DNA of 64,000 nt from Enoplolaimus lenunculus (lineage: Eukaryota): assembly GCA_030248215.1 (NCBI GenBank), contig JASANG010002365.1, positions 1 through 64,000 on the forward strand, written 5' to 3'. Position 1 is the stretch's first letter. Every line of letters begins with the position of its first letter. Below are positions 11,342 through 24,301 of this stretch, in pieces. The translations under genes were made by a program, and so were the position numbers. The notes beneath the pieces were generated by a model, which had not been told where the DNA came from, ran no database searches, and worked only from the letters and a program-made list of their open reading frames with translations.

Positions 11342-14107
11342 TTTTAGTATTTAGCAATAATATTAAAATAGCAAAAACACCAGGTATTTTTGGATATATA
11401 AGTAATTCAATACAATTTAAAATTGCAGAAATTTTGAACGGAAATGTCAGCGTTTACAGTTTAAATAGTAACCAATTAAACCAACTGCGAAATGTCAAAT
11501 AGATGTTTTTAATTTCAAGGATTTAATATATGATATTTGCAGGTTCGGTCACAACAAAAGATCACAGAAAAAAATTAAAATATTATAAAAAATTAAATAT
11601 TTCCTTTCCTTTAAATTTTCGTTTTAATTCATTCAACTAAAAATTAATTTTTTAATTTTCGATTTGCACCGTTTGAATTTGAACAGCTTTGCACCAGTCG
11701 CGTTTAGTCAATTCTTAAAAGGGATTACACAATTCACCATTTGTATGCAGTACAAAACTACATGTATATTCAAGATAGTGCGCTTAGAGTTTTTCTACGG
11801 AACTGCAATACAGTAAGCGTAAGCTTAGACTAATTTTTGCAGCTTAGTCTATTGCTGAGGTTTATGTATAAGCTCATTCTTACGCTTAGTCTTAGGCTTA
11901 GGTTTAGGTATAAGCTCATACTTACGCTTAGGCTTATGGAAAGTTGAACGGCAGAGGCGCTGATGTGCTTTAAATTCCGATTACACGCCTGCAAAACGTT
12001 TCCGACACAAAATCAGTTACAACCGTAGCTTCATAATTCAAAAATTCAAATATTACATTCTAGTATCTTATGATATTCAACAGGACAATTTGGATATGTT
12101 ACCTGAAGCATGCAGACATTTGAAAATGTATCATATGATATTCGAAGACAATACCTCGAATATCATATGATATTGAAGAACAAACAGTGACCTACACATT
12201 ATAATAGCAGACAAATACGAATGTTTTAATACAATATGGGGTTTACAATCAGACAAAATGTTACCCAATAGTCTAATAAGAACACATCGTGTCCCAAGCT
12301 GCAACGGTTCTAAGGTGAACCCCGCATAAGATCTAAATATATTCGGGAACAACAATCACATCCATAACGATATGGACAAGGCAATTTGCATCTAAAAAAT
12401 CAATATGATTTTTTCATATATACGTTGCTCAGACCATAAGAGGTTTATGCAATGGGAGAGACCGAGACAATATATCCTCATTCCAAATTTCTGTAGCAAA
12501 TTAAAATGCACTTCAAGTGGGCTTTCGAAATTTAAAACAGTGTTTTAGGTTTTATAGTTTTTTAAAAAATATTTCCTGAAGTTACTGCCTCCCAAAATCA
12601 AATCCTGGCTACGCCGCTGACAAAACGTGGGAATTTACGCTATTAAAGAACATGGATCACGTGGCTATCCGTAAAAACCCATCAACCGTGCATTTTCAAA
12701 ACCGAATTAAGCATCGTGTTTGCTCACACATGGGCGTAGCCAGGATTTTCATTTGCGCCGTACAAACACTTTAATACGTTGTGTTAATCGTACAAAAACA
12801 GTCACTACACACAACAACGCGCGAGAAAATACATTTTCTATAATGCAGTGTCGGTTCAGAGGAGAAAAACAGCAACAACTCGTGTGTGTGTGTGTGAATG
12901 AAACATACTGAGAAATCATAGTGTCAATTTCAAAAATAGAATTTTTCTAAAACCATTCTGGGGTCAAGGCGTCTTTGGTCCCCCTGTCTACGCCCCTGCT
13001 CTCACATTTATTCGACTTCTCGTAGTTTTTTAGGGCCCGGGTCCGTCACCCGTGGCCCGGGCCCGGCCTGTATGGGACCGGGTCCGCAAAATTCCTATTT
13101 TTACAGCACAAAACAAAACATCAAACAAATGGTATTGTGGTTACACATCAAGTACATGTCATACATGTCAATCGGTCGTGAGAGAATATAAACGTTTCCA
13201 TGCAAAACGTCCAACCGAAAACAAAACCATGAAAATTTTAGTCTCATGTCTCTTCGAAAATGTTTTGGAGAAAAGATAACGAACCTTATTTTTTCTCATA
13301 CACTTTTTTGTGACAAAATGATAAGGGGTTAACCTTACAATTTTTGCGTTTCATAACGTTTGCCAGCCCTTTCACCGTCACAAATTCTTGGATCTCCGCC
13401 GTTGGGTGTCGCACTGAGTCACCGGTTAATTATACAACATTACGGCGGTTCTTGATGGAAACTGAAGATAACGTTTAATGATTTTTTGATGTCACCATTA
13501 CTCTGAAATCAGTCACGGAACCAGTTGCAGAACTTTGGTCCACCCATATATCACATCAAAAGCAAAAGAATCAGGCTTGATTTGAAAAATGTCCTGATGT
13601 TATAACGATATGTATACAAGCTATTTACATGACCAATAAAAATATTAAACACTATTAAAGGCTTATGCTCTGGCGTAGGAAACTGTTGCGATTTATTCCG
13701 GTTGACGGCCCGGTCCCGGCGCGCTTAGGCTCGCGGACCCAAAATGTGGGCCCGGGCCCGTCGGGCCTTGGCCCAGATTGGTTCCAACCTTGGCTGCGGC
13801 GCAACTGGTTGATACTTTTATAATGAGAGGCTCATCTTGATGCTGGGAGCCTTGGATTATCTACCCCCAGCCTTGTCGCTTTTTGGTTTGTTAAGTGTGG
13901 TTATACGACGGACGGCAAATCCGCCACACTTTGAAGTACGTCACCGCTAAAAATTTGTTTTGTAGTACGAATCACGCCAATTCGTTATCCGTTAACTTGT
14001 CATACTAACAGCGTCAAAGCATAAAGCATAATCCTAAGCCTAATCGAAACTTAAAATACGGCGAAAAGTATTATCAAGTCGACGAGATTTCGGATTACAA
14101 TACTGCA

Positions 14108-14359
14108 CACTGTAAATTTTAGTGAGTTGATTTTAACTCAGAATGAGTTGAATCACTCAGTCTGAGTTAGGACTGTCAGAACTCAGAATTTTAAGTTGAT
14201 TCAATTCATTCTGAGTTAATTAATCAACTCACCCATAGTCAACTCAACTCAGAGTGAGAAACAACTCAACTCAGAGTGAGCTAATGTTTACTGATATTAA
14301 TTCAGAAATAACCAACTCGCTAAATGAATTGATTAATCAACTCATTGGAATTTACAGTG
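14108..14359. mobile_element. CACTG-TIR MITE with 2-bp TSD (CMC/CACTA-Mirage-like)
   Basis: CA|CACTGTAAATT ... AATTTACAGTG|CA; internal GAGTTGATTAATCAACTC-type palindromes. Confidence 0.85.
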
Positions 14360-15582
14360 CAGGTTACATTTTATCGTTGCCGAATCGACTTTTTGGCTGA
14401 TAGAGAATCATGTGTTGTGAGCGAAAATGGTTTCAATTGATAAGAAAAACAACAAACAGTTGCTTTATTAATAAAAATTTTCTTTGGCACAGGCGGTTAC
14501 AGTAAAAGCGAAAACAACTTTGGGTGGCCTGCCAAAATGTATTTTTTACCATAAAATGTAAATTTGTTTACATTATGATGATTTAGCTTTAATTTCCCGA
14601 TAAAGCTCACATCCGCTTTTGGGTTGAAAACACAGTTGTATATTTTGGTAAACTTCTCAGGACGCAACAGCTGGCTTTTTCAGTGAAACAGTTTCTGTGT
14701 TTTCGGTTTTGTTTTATCGTTTGCCGGCTGCAGTTATAATATTTTAGTGTTGTAGGAAATTATATATTAACACTGCAACGCAGCAAGTGCGAAACAAGGT
14801 GTAACCGGATATTCATATCCGTTTCTGGTAAAAATCGGTGTCCGCTTGTGTTGCCGTTATAGAAATAACGAACTTGCGTTATTTTCATGCTCCTCATAAT
14901 TAGATTATAAATCACGTATATATCTGGCAATTTTTCATCGCAGATATGCTGCAATTGTTCGAAATGAAATATAAATTACAAAATTTATCCGAAATCTTAA
15001 AAATTTCGATCCATCTGATAGTTTTTATTTTACAATTTTAGGCTGCCTTGTCTCAATTGTGAATTTCAAAGAACTTGAATATTCTAAAAGTTCTACTTTT
15101 TTTAATGTTTTAGATAATTTGATGCAGTTTTGTTGAGCTTAATCGTAGTCAATTTTTTCATGATTGGACCAATGGTTTAAGGGTTACGGTCAAAAAGTCA
15201 CGTTGCTAACGAATTAAGGTACCAGCCAATTACTTATTTGACCATGACGAACCAGTTCCATGATTGCGTTAATTTTAACATCATTCAACTCAGTTTCGCA
15301 ACCAATTTATCATGTATTGCCTAACTTTATGACAAAACAATTTTCGGCCATAAAGGTACTCTTAGGCGTAGTACCAGAAAAATGTCATATTTAAACAATC
15401 AAATTTGTGCTTGGAATAATCAGAGGAAATCATGAGCAGCTTAAATATGCAAACATTTACAAAATCTAACCTGTTTATGAACGAACGTCAACTGGTGAGT
15501 AACCAAAAAGGCCTACAGTGTCGACTATCACATGTTTCGTTCAAACATTGGTACAATTTTCATATTTTGAACAGAAACGACG

Positions 15583-15834
15583 CACTGTAAATCCCAGTGA
15601 GCTGATTTTAACTCAGAATGAGTTGAATCACTCAGTCTGTGTTAGGACTATCAGAACTCAGAATTCTGAGTCGATTCAACTCATTCATAATTTAATTATA
15701 CTCCCCGGAATCACCTCAAACTCAGAGTAAGAATCAACGAAACTCAGAGTGAGATAAAGTTTTCTGTTGTTAACTCATGAAACAACTAAACTTCTCGTCT
15801 GAGTTGATTAATCAAATCATTGGAATTTACAGTG
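15583..15834. mobile_element. CACTG-TIR MITE immediately upstream of the G6Pase-like ATG
   Basis: CACTGTAAATCC ... AATTTACAGTG; absent from the paralogous site near 5770. Confidence 0.85.
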
Positions 15835-15871
15835 CACAATAATTTTAAATAATATGTAAACGATAACAAAA

Positions 15872-18800
15872 ATGACGTCAAATACGTCATATTTCGCGTC
15901 ACATTTGTGGACACTGCGTCGCATTGAAAGCGTCCAATCAATTTTGGGCACGTCTCCTTCGATCATTAGTGCTTTTGAAACACTTGGACTAATCAGTGAT
16001 CCTCAACTGATCATATTATACGTGTTACCATTGTCGATTTTGTTGCGTCCCAAGTTGCCACTGCGTGTTGCGATTGTTGCAAGTGTTGGAACTGTTGCTG
16101 GAACGCTTTTATCGATGTAAGAACGAATTTGTACCTCACAAAAAAATTTTGCCAGTCAAATGAACTCTGCGAATGTTCCTCCTAAAATTGTTTTGATTTT
16201 GCACAGTCAGTATTGTATTGGATACGGGCCTAATAACAATAATATAATAGAATGCAAGTGAAATAAGCATATTCCTACGCCTAAAGCCTAAGCGCAACAA
16301 TGAGCGTAAGGTTAAACCTAATGCAAGGTTCACGTTTTGTAGCTGGGGCAACCTGGAACGCGTTTCGTCGCTATTACAATAGCAGATAACATTCTGTGGG
16401 CCAATGTATTGAACAGGGCCGCAATAGTAGTATAAGCATACTGCTAGGCCTAAACCCTATGCCTAACCGTAAATATTGGTGTATATACGCCTAAGCATAT
16501 TAAACCTAAGCAAAAAATGGTTTCAAAAGATAAGCTTACTCTATTGCAGTCCAGCAGAAAAACGTTTCGTCTCTGATCTTTACATGGGGGCGCAGCAGAT
16601 CACTAATGAATGAAGAATTAATTTGATAATTAACCAATTATTCTTTTTCTCAGAGTACTGAGAGGAAATCGTCCATATTGGATGCAAGCGATCGCGTCAG
16701 ACATAGACGATAACTTGAATGACGTATTTTCAAGAATACACAAATTTCGCCAAGAGTGTGAAGTTACCTATGGTAAGTTTGTAGATAATTTACTTCGATA
16801 TATTATACCTCTAAATTCCGACTTAAAGCACTTAAATTTTCGAGCAAAACCAAACGAAAAATGTGTGCCATTGTCATAACGTTCACTTTAATATTCGATA
16901 ATCTTCATGTTTGTTTAGTCTAAGCAGAAATCGGGACTTCTTATCCTTTTATTAAGCAGCTGGAACAGCAACCATACATAGGTTTGCTGGAGCTGTCTGC
17001 ATGCGAATCCGTAAGTGAACGCTCTACTAACAAGCCACGTAGCCCGCCTCTTCAACTGCTATTGTAGTCGACTATATTTGTAGACATGTATGATGTCTGC
17101 TATTGTAAAACACAATTCGCATTTCAAATATTGCATATGCACCAGGACAAGCTTGTCTCGCATGCTTACAATGTTTATTTGCTTTGTTGCACAGTATGGT
17201 CTAAAAAGTGTGATCCATAACGGTTTTACTGTACAAATACCGCTGTTTTAGGGAATCCATCCTGCAAAATAATGCATGCGTCCGCAGTTGGTATCATGTT
17301 TATATTGGCTGTTCGCGATGGTACTTTCCAGCACAAGTATGCAATACGTAGAAATGATTTCTTGCAGGGTGCAACCGGAGGTGAAAAATACCCGAGCCGG
17401 AGCTGTAGCAGGAAGTGAACAAAATTTGCCGGAGCCGAACCCGACGTTCAAATGACTATTTTTCATTTCTTCCAGAACCCATGTAAAGATCAAGGGCTGA
17501 CCGTATTTCCTCAGATTGCAATACAGTAAACTTAAACTTTGGTATCTGTTTTACTTAGGCATATACTTAGGCTTACTCCGAGACTCTTCAGGCTAAGGCT
17601 TTGGATAGTCATGTTGTTACGCATAGCTTAGGCTAAGTCTTGGGCTAAGGCTTAGGCTGAAGCTTAGGCTTAGGAAAACGTATAGAAGCTAATTCAGTAT
17701 TCAAAATGGCTTAAAGCTACAATATCTGACTTCTCGTTATATTATTCGTGCGCACAAATTACATTTTACTGCATAATATCACGTGATATTCCGTAGAATT
17801 TCGGAATATCATATATTTCCACAAATGTCCCGCGGTATCATGTGACATATGACTGTTTGTATGCGATGATTTCTGGAGATCTGAGATTTGTAAAGCCAAT
17901 GCCATGTGACATTCACATTTTGTCTACATAACCGATATTCAGATCACAAAATTTTATGTTGACGTCGAATCAACGTGGACAAAACGTGTTCCGGGATGCC
18001 CCAGTTATAACGTGGTGAACCCCTTCGTACCCGAAAAGAATTGTTCCAATTAAACAAATGGGACGTGGATTTGTGATGATCACTGAACGGGTATCGCTAC
18101 ACTTTGTCGCCCGGTCAAGTCGTTGAACGAGATTTGTCAGCCGGTCGTCATCCAATACAGATCCGTCGATTTGTCACACACATTTAACCCTTTCTCACAT
18201 GAATATTTTCTATTTCGCCAGAGACCTACTTTTATGCTAGGATTCGAACTCTAGTGACTGGAGTGAGAGGCGTATACCATCACCACTCAGCTATAGGAGC
18301 TTGACGCTCGAGCCCGAGGGGGCTCTCACGTCTTGTGGTGATTTAGTACTATGTATACTTGCTGCAATTGTTAAACACGGTGCGATATATGCTATTTAAC
18401 GTATATACACTGCGCTGAGTTGCCTACAGGCAACTCAATGTGAGAAGGGGTTAAACTTTACGCGCAGGCTCAGGTTTAGGTTTAACGCTTAGAATTAAAC
18501 TGTCCCATTTTCGGCAGCTGCAGAGCGACAAGTTGCCAGGCGCCGAGTTGCCATTGATTGCCATGTCGTCTAAAAATGTTTTCTGTAATTTCAGAAGTTC
18601 TAACGTCGAAAAGTTGTTCGCCGTAATCTACGCTATACTCGTCGGTGGTGTGTTTGTGTCAAGGTTGTATTTTGCAACGAATTTTCTGCACCAATTGGGG
18701 TTTGGAGCACTGCTTGGTAAGTCGACGTGTTGTTTGTTCAGTTTTAGCTTAGCATTAATCTTTGTAACCGTTCGCCAAACTTACAGAACGGTTGGAAAAT

Positions 18801-21018
18801 CTAATTCAGCTATCAGAACAAATTAATTATATAGTGTAACATTAAAATACAACTTTCTGGAGGTATTTACAGCCGGAAATACGCACAAACTGAAATCTGC
18901 TTACGACTTCGACAGAAAATCGACCTCCAGCTCCGGTTCCGGTCGAAGTTTTTCCAGAGGTTCCGGCAAATTCGGTAGTAAAATTTTGCTTAGTTTTACA
19001 CAACTTATCTGTTTGGCGCGTTTCTTTGAATTTTTGGCACAATTTTGAGGAAAGAAATGCCGAGATTTTGTAAAACAATAAGCGTAAAACCAAACGATTT
19101 AACAACACTTAATAGATATTTGCTAAAATTAACAAATTATACATCATTTTATCTACCTAATTTCACCTCACCTTCAGCTCCGGCAAGTTTTGTTAACCTC
19201 CAGCTCTGGCTTCAGCATGTTTTTCACCTCCGGCTGCATCTTGATGCACATGATACCAAATTTTACGAGTATTTCTGGCTTTTTAAATGTTCGCAGTCGG
19301 TTCTCAATCAATTTGCGTTTTGTGAAAGCACACTGGCCACTACAGTTGTAAACTGTATGAATACATCTTCTTTGAACACATTCTTGATTTCATATTCTCC
19401 AAAATTTGCCTGGTTATCGTAACATTACTTACCGGTTAATCTGATTTAGGTTGGCTTTTATTGTTACCGTTCCGACCTGTGTAGTGCAAACTGCCAAGAG
19501 ATTTTTGTTTTTTCTGCTTCGATGTTTTCATTTTTTCGGATCTCACGGGTGATTTTCTACGGATCTATAAAATTTTACAAAGCCAAAGACTGAATGGTAC
19601 TGATCCGGTTTTGTTATTTTTACTTTTTCAGCAGCCGTATTTTACCAAAAAAAGTTTTTTCCCACACTCTTAAAACAAATCGGTGCCTGATAGTCAAATA
19701 TAGAAAAATGCAGACACTGTTTTCACAAAATTTACTTTTCACTTATAAGCTTTAATCATGGTTTTAATAGTCTTGTATTGTTCGCTTTAACAAATTGTGG
19801 CGTAATCAATCATCGCTTCTTGGAAAGTGTGAACTGGCCTAAGAGCCCCCCCCACACTTCTGAGAGCAGATTGGTGCCCATGCTATCAGTGCAAAATCAC
19901 GCTTCAAATTTAGATTGATTTTTAGCCAATCCGCTTTCTTGTAACCAGAGCCGTAGAAGCTAATTCAGTATTCAAAAGCACTCCAAGCTACATTATCTGA
20001 CTTTTCGTTGTATAATTAGTGCGCACAAATTACATTGTTCTGCACCATATCATGTGATATTCGGTAGAATTTCGGAATATCATATGATATTCGCATCAAT
20101 GACCCGTGTACTGGAGATGTTGGATTTGTAAGCCAATGTCATGTGACATTCACGCTGTGTCTCACGTAACCGCTATTCAGATCACAATATTTTATGGTGA
20201 CGTTTGAATCAACATAGATAAGACGTGTTCCAGGCTGCCCCAGTTATAACGTGAACCCTTTTCGTATTAAGGGCAGAGACGCTAAAATGAATCGCTGGTA
20301 TGGCAAACCGTTATTTTGTCGCAGCGATATTTCAGCATCAATTTTGCAAAAAAACGCAAAAACGTTTTGTATTTTTGACACGGTTCCGTAACATTTTGTC
20401 AGTATTTGTGTTTAATTTCAACATTTCATAATACTGTAAGCGTATGTTTACTACTCTAACTCAAATTTCAACTAAACTTTTATTTCAGGACTACTGGGCG
20501 GATCGATAACTTACCTCCTACCGTGGGAACGAGTCAAAAGTTACCATTACGCGATAATTGCACTGTTAGCCGTTTCGTGGTTCAAATCCACCCAAATCGT
20601 TTTGAAAGTGTTTGGGTTCGATACCGAGCAAGCTTATGCCCTTGCTCGACAATCGTGCCCCGAACCAAACAGTCTATCGGAACATTACACTGCGGAACAT
20701 CGACTCATCAGCTCAATTGGGGTTTTGGTTTCCTTAGCTTTCATTGCAAGTTTGCCCGGTGGTTTTGGTGAACCAGAAAGGTCAGAAACGACCAGAAAAA
20801 TGAAGAGAGCCATTTGGCCAGCAACTCTGGTGCGGTGCCTAATCGCATTAACATCGATGGGGCTTAATATGTTAATGGTACACTGGATAAACAGTATATC
20901 TGTATCAAATTATTGGGTTGCCGTTGACTCAACTATGAAATCGTTTATTTTTTCAGCTTTTAGCATTTTTAGTTCGCTGTATATTAGTCCAAATATCATT
21001 ATGATTGCTTTTAAGTAA
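15872..21018 (+). CDS. G6PC: Glucose-6-phosphatase (PAP2 family) homologue, 366 aa, catalytic residues substituted
   Basis: Exons 15872-16116, 16654-16772, 17252-17336, 18595-18716, 20489-21018 (1101 nt, open frame). Motifs LRGNRPYW, ECEVTYGNPSCKIM, SRLYFATNFLHQ and ALARQSCPEP align to G6PC LFGQRPYW, TCETGPGSPSGHAM, SRIYLAAHFPHQ and the luminal WC loop. Multiple hydrophobic segments. Confidence 0.9.
17684..18030 (+). repeat. Dispersed repeat of about 330 bp, second copy at about 19953-20265
   Basis: TAGAAGCTAATTCAGTATTCAAAA ... GCCCCAGTTATAACGTG present in introns 3 and 4 of the G6Pase-like gene. Confidence 0.75.
18188..18450 (-). mobile_element. piggyBac-type MITE with internal tRNA-like cassette (reference copy)
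   Basis: TTAA|CCCTTTCTCACAT ... ATGTGAGAAGGGG|TTAA. Minus strand reads GCTCCTATAGCTGAGTGG ... GAGTTCGAATCC. Confidence 0.88.
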
Positions 21019-21374
21019 AGCATCATTCATTTGTAACCAAATCTCTTTCAAGTATTACAATCTACACAAATTACAGCCAAATTAATTTTAATTTGCTATA
21101 AAAATGTGAAATTTCAATAGACGCTTGCCAACTAAGCCTAAAGCCAAAGCCTAAACTTAAACATACAGTTACTCTTAAGGCTAAAACTACGTTTTCCGGT
21201 CTAAAACTACTCCAGTGCTATGGTCTTGCAGTAGACAGGCTCGTATAATTAACTTGGGACATTTTTGATGCAAAATAGAAAAATATGTATCTATAAAATC
21301 AAAATGTGTTTCGTTTCAGCACTGATTGCTTGTATAAGCCACAGTGAAACGTAATTTTAAATTGTTTCGTCTTA

Positions 21375-21834
21375 TGCGTGCTCCACAATATCGCGTGTAC
21401 ACCGTGTGGAAAAATGCATCGGCTATTGACGTTTTAGCCTATTGCTAGGTTTTTCAAAATTGTCAAACAACAACTACTTTTATTTTAGAAATTACAAGTA
21501 GTCGTCTTTGAAAAATTATTTGAACTAAGCTCGCATTTCAAAATAAAACTAATAGCAAAAATCGTAAAAATCAGTTGCTACGAAATTCTGTGAGCAGCAA
21601 ACGACAGCTACTAGTGTTTTTGAAAATCGTCAATAACGGCTGCTAAATTTGTTAAAATTGCAATCTATGATTAGTAATATTCGATTTTTTTGGATGCTGT
21701 ACTTGGTTTTTTAAAAATTTAAAACTTTAAAATTTAAGGACATGCGAACTTGCTGTTTTTAAGTTAGCGTAAGTCGTCGACAATTGCTGATGCATTTTTC
21801 CACACGGTGTACACGAGATATTGTGGAGCACGCA
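21375..21834. mobile_element. MITE with about 50-bp TIRs and TTA TSD (PIF/Harbinger-like)
   Basis: TTA|TGCGTGCTCCACAATATCGCGTGTACACCGTGTGGAAAAATGCATC ... GATGCATTTTTCCACACGGTGTACACGAGATATTGTGGAGCACGCA|TTA. Confidence 0.85.
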
Positions 21835-21886
21835 TTAGCTTCACATTATTCAATATCTACAATTTGGAATTTACTATCGAATTATT

Positions 21887-22112
21887 TGCCAATGTTACTT
21901 TAAGGGGCATAACAGTAGATTAAGCGTATTCCTAAGCCTTAGCCTAAGTGTTTGCAAAAATGTGTTCCTAAGCCTAATCCTATGCGTTGCAAAAATGTGT
22001 TCCTAAGCTTAAGTCTAAACCTAAACCTAAGCAACAAAATGTAATCTAGAATCTAAACCTACTTTTTATGGATCTACCAGAAGTTTGGACGCCATTTAAA
22101 GTAACATGGGCC
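21887..22112. mobile_element. TTAGGC-carrying MITE, TIR variant 2, 8-bp TSD (GAATTATT)
   Basis: GCCAATGTTACTTTAAGGGGC ... GCCATTTAAAGTAACATGGGCC. Same variant at 25858-26071, 30828-31023 and 34577-34766. Confidence 0.88.
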
Positions 22113-23041
22113 GAATTATTAATAGCAAAGTGTAATTTGTATACTAAACCTGATGAATATTACATATTTTGCTATGAAGTAAATCAACGATGTTGCAACA
22201 TTTGAAACGCTACTTGTTTTGATTTTCTCATTAGGTCATTTTTATTCGTCCTTATCGGAACTTATAAATTTTGACTTTCATGTACTTTTCCTTGTATCAA
22301 AATTCAAAACATGTAAACAAATACTGGAACCAGGGTACAACCGGAGGTGTGCCTCCGGCTCCGGCAGACCATCGGCCTCCAGCTCCGGCTCCGGTAGAAT
22401 TTTTGCCGGAGGTTCCGGCAATTTCTGTAGAAAAATTTTGCATAATTTTGCAAAATTTATCTGTTCAGCGCGTATCGTTTTACTTTTATCACAATTTTCA
22501 GGAAAGAATTTCCGAAATTTCGCCATGAAATTAGCGTAAAACCAGACAACTTAACAACATATTGCAGACATTAGCTAAAATTTACTAATTAACCATTATT
22601 TTGACTACCTAATTTCGCGTCACCTCCGGCTTCGGCAAGTTTCGTAAGCGCAGAACGCTGGCCCGTAGCCGTTGTTTTACGTTATTCTGACTAAAATATA
22701 TTCTGTATGAAAAAAGACTATGACTATATTAATATATCCTGATCTCTAATTTGTATATCTATGTTTCTCTTCAGATATACATATAAGCACTGAAATGCTG
22801 AAACACTGCCCAAAATACGTATGTAAGCGTTGCTTTACATTGTAAGCTTTACTTTTAAAGGTCGCACTCGTTCGAGAGCCCACGGACAGCGAGGAACATA
22901 ACTTTGCCACAGCATGAAACAACGTTTTATGCTGGTAGACGGCATGGTACAGGTTAGAGTAAATTTTAGGAAATACAAGGCTTTGTAGTCTTAAAGCATG
23001 ATGCGGATGAATGTTTCGGTAGTTTCGTCCAGGAAACGCAT

Positions 23042-23520
23042 TCCGCCATATAATTCAACATTACTGTTTGGAATTTGTAAATTTTGTAATTTATAGTTTC
23101 GTCATTGAACATTTTGCAACCTCTACTAAATTTCCTGCCAAATTTGAATATATACTACTGTAGTCCTGAAACCTTTTTGGAAATGGTCTGGCAAAGGCGA
23201 GTCCGCCATATAATTCAACATTACTGTTTGGAATTTGTAAATTTGGCAATTTATAGTTTCGTCATTGAACATTTTGCAACCTCTACTAAATTTCCTGCCA
23301 AATTTGAATATATACTACTGTAGTGCTGAAACCTTTTTGGAAATGGTCTGGCAAAGGCGAGTCCGCCATATAATTCAACATTACTGTTTGGAATTTGTAA
23401 ATTTGGCAATTTATAGTTTCGTCATTGAACATTTTGCAACCTCTACTAAATTTCCTGCCAAATTTGGATATATACTACTGTACAATGAAACCTTTTTGGA
23501 AATGGTCTGGCAAAGCGAGA
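23042..23520. repeat. Tandem repeat, 160-bp unit x3
   Basis: TCCGCCATATAATTCAACATTACTG recurs at 23042, 23202 and 23362, nearly identical. Confidence 0.95.
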
Positions 23521-24023
23521 AATTCTCCGTGATACCCTAGCTTTATTTCTTTAATTGCATTTTTGACAAATTGTCTAGTAGACGTAATTTGGCATTACAA
23601 GTTGTAGGTCGACGAGTTGTCGGGCGACGAATTGTCATGATTATATAGGAAATGCGGTCGAGTTTATTAACAATTTTCAATAGTTACCTTCCTTACCTAG
23701 TATATATTTTTAGCTTTATATATAAGTGTATAGTCTTAGGTACGTATATGTCATATAATGTGAGTCTGTCTTGTCATTTCACACATAGGCTTTTAGAAGA
23801 AATCATTTATAATTTATGTACAAAATACAAATCCTGTATCAGGCCAATGTTACCTTTAGTAGCAATCAGTACGCTAAGCGTATTCCTAAACCTAAGCCAG
23901 AGCAAAAAACAGCCTAAATGTCGTGTATAACACTACACTTCTAAAAGTAGCATAGACCGTAAAATATATTAAACCGATTAATACAAAATTTAACACTGGC
24001 TTTTGAAGCTTCAAATGTTGTCA

Positions 24024-24275
24024 CACTGTAAATTCCAATGAGTTGATTAATCAATTCAGCTAGCGAGTTGGTTATTTCTGAATTAATATCAGTAAACATT
24101 AACTCACTCTGAGTTGAGATGATTCTCACTCCGAGTTGAGTTGACTCTGAGTGAGTTGATCAATTAAGTCACAATGAATTGAATCAACTCAAATTTCTGA
24201 GTTCTGAATGTCCTAACTCAGACTGAGTGATTCAACTCATTCTGAGTTAAAATCAACTCACTGAAATTTACAGTG
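24024..24275. mobile_element. CACTG-TIR MITE just 3' of the IDE-like stop codon
   Basis: CA|CACTGTAAATTCC ... AAATTTACAGTG|CA. Confidence 0.85.
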
Positions 24276-24301
24276 CAGATCTTGCATACTCAAAAATTAC
24301 A

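Noticed and set aside
23105..23540. Duplicated 72- and 91-aa ORFs
   Set aside because: Arise from the 160-bp tandem repeat; non-ATG starts and no protein features.
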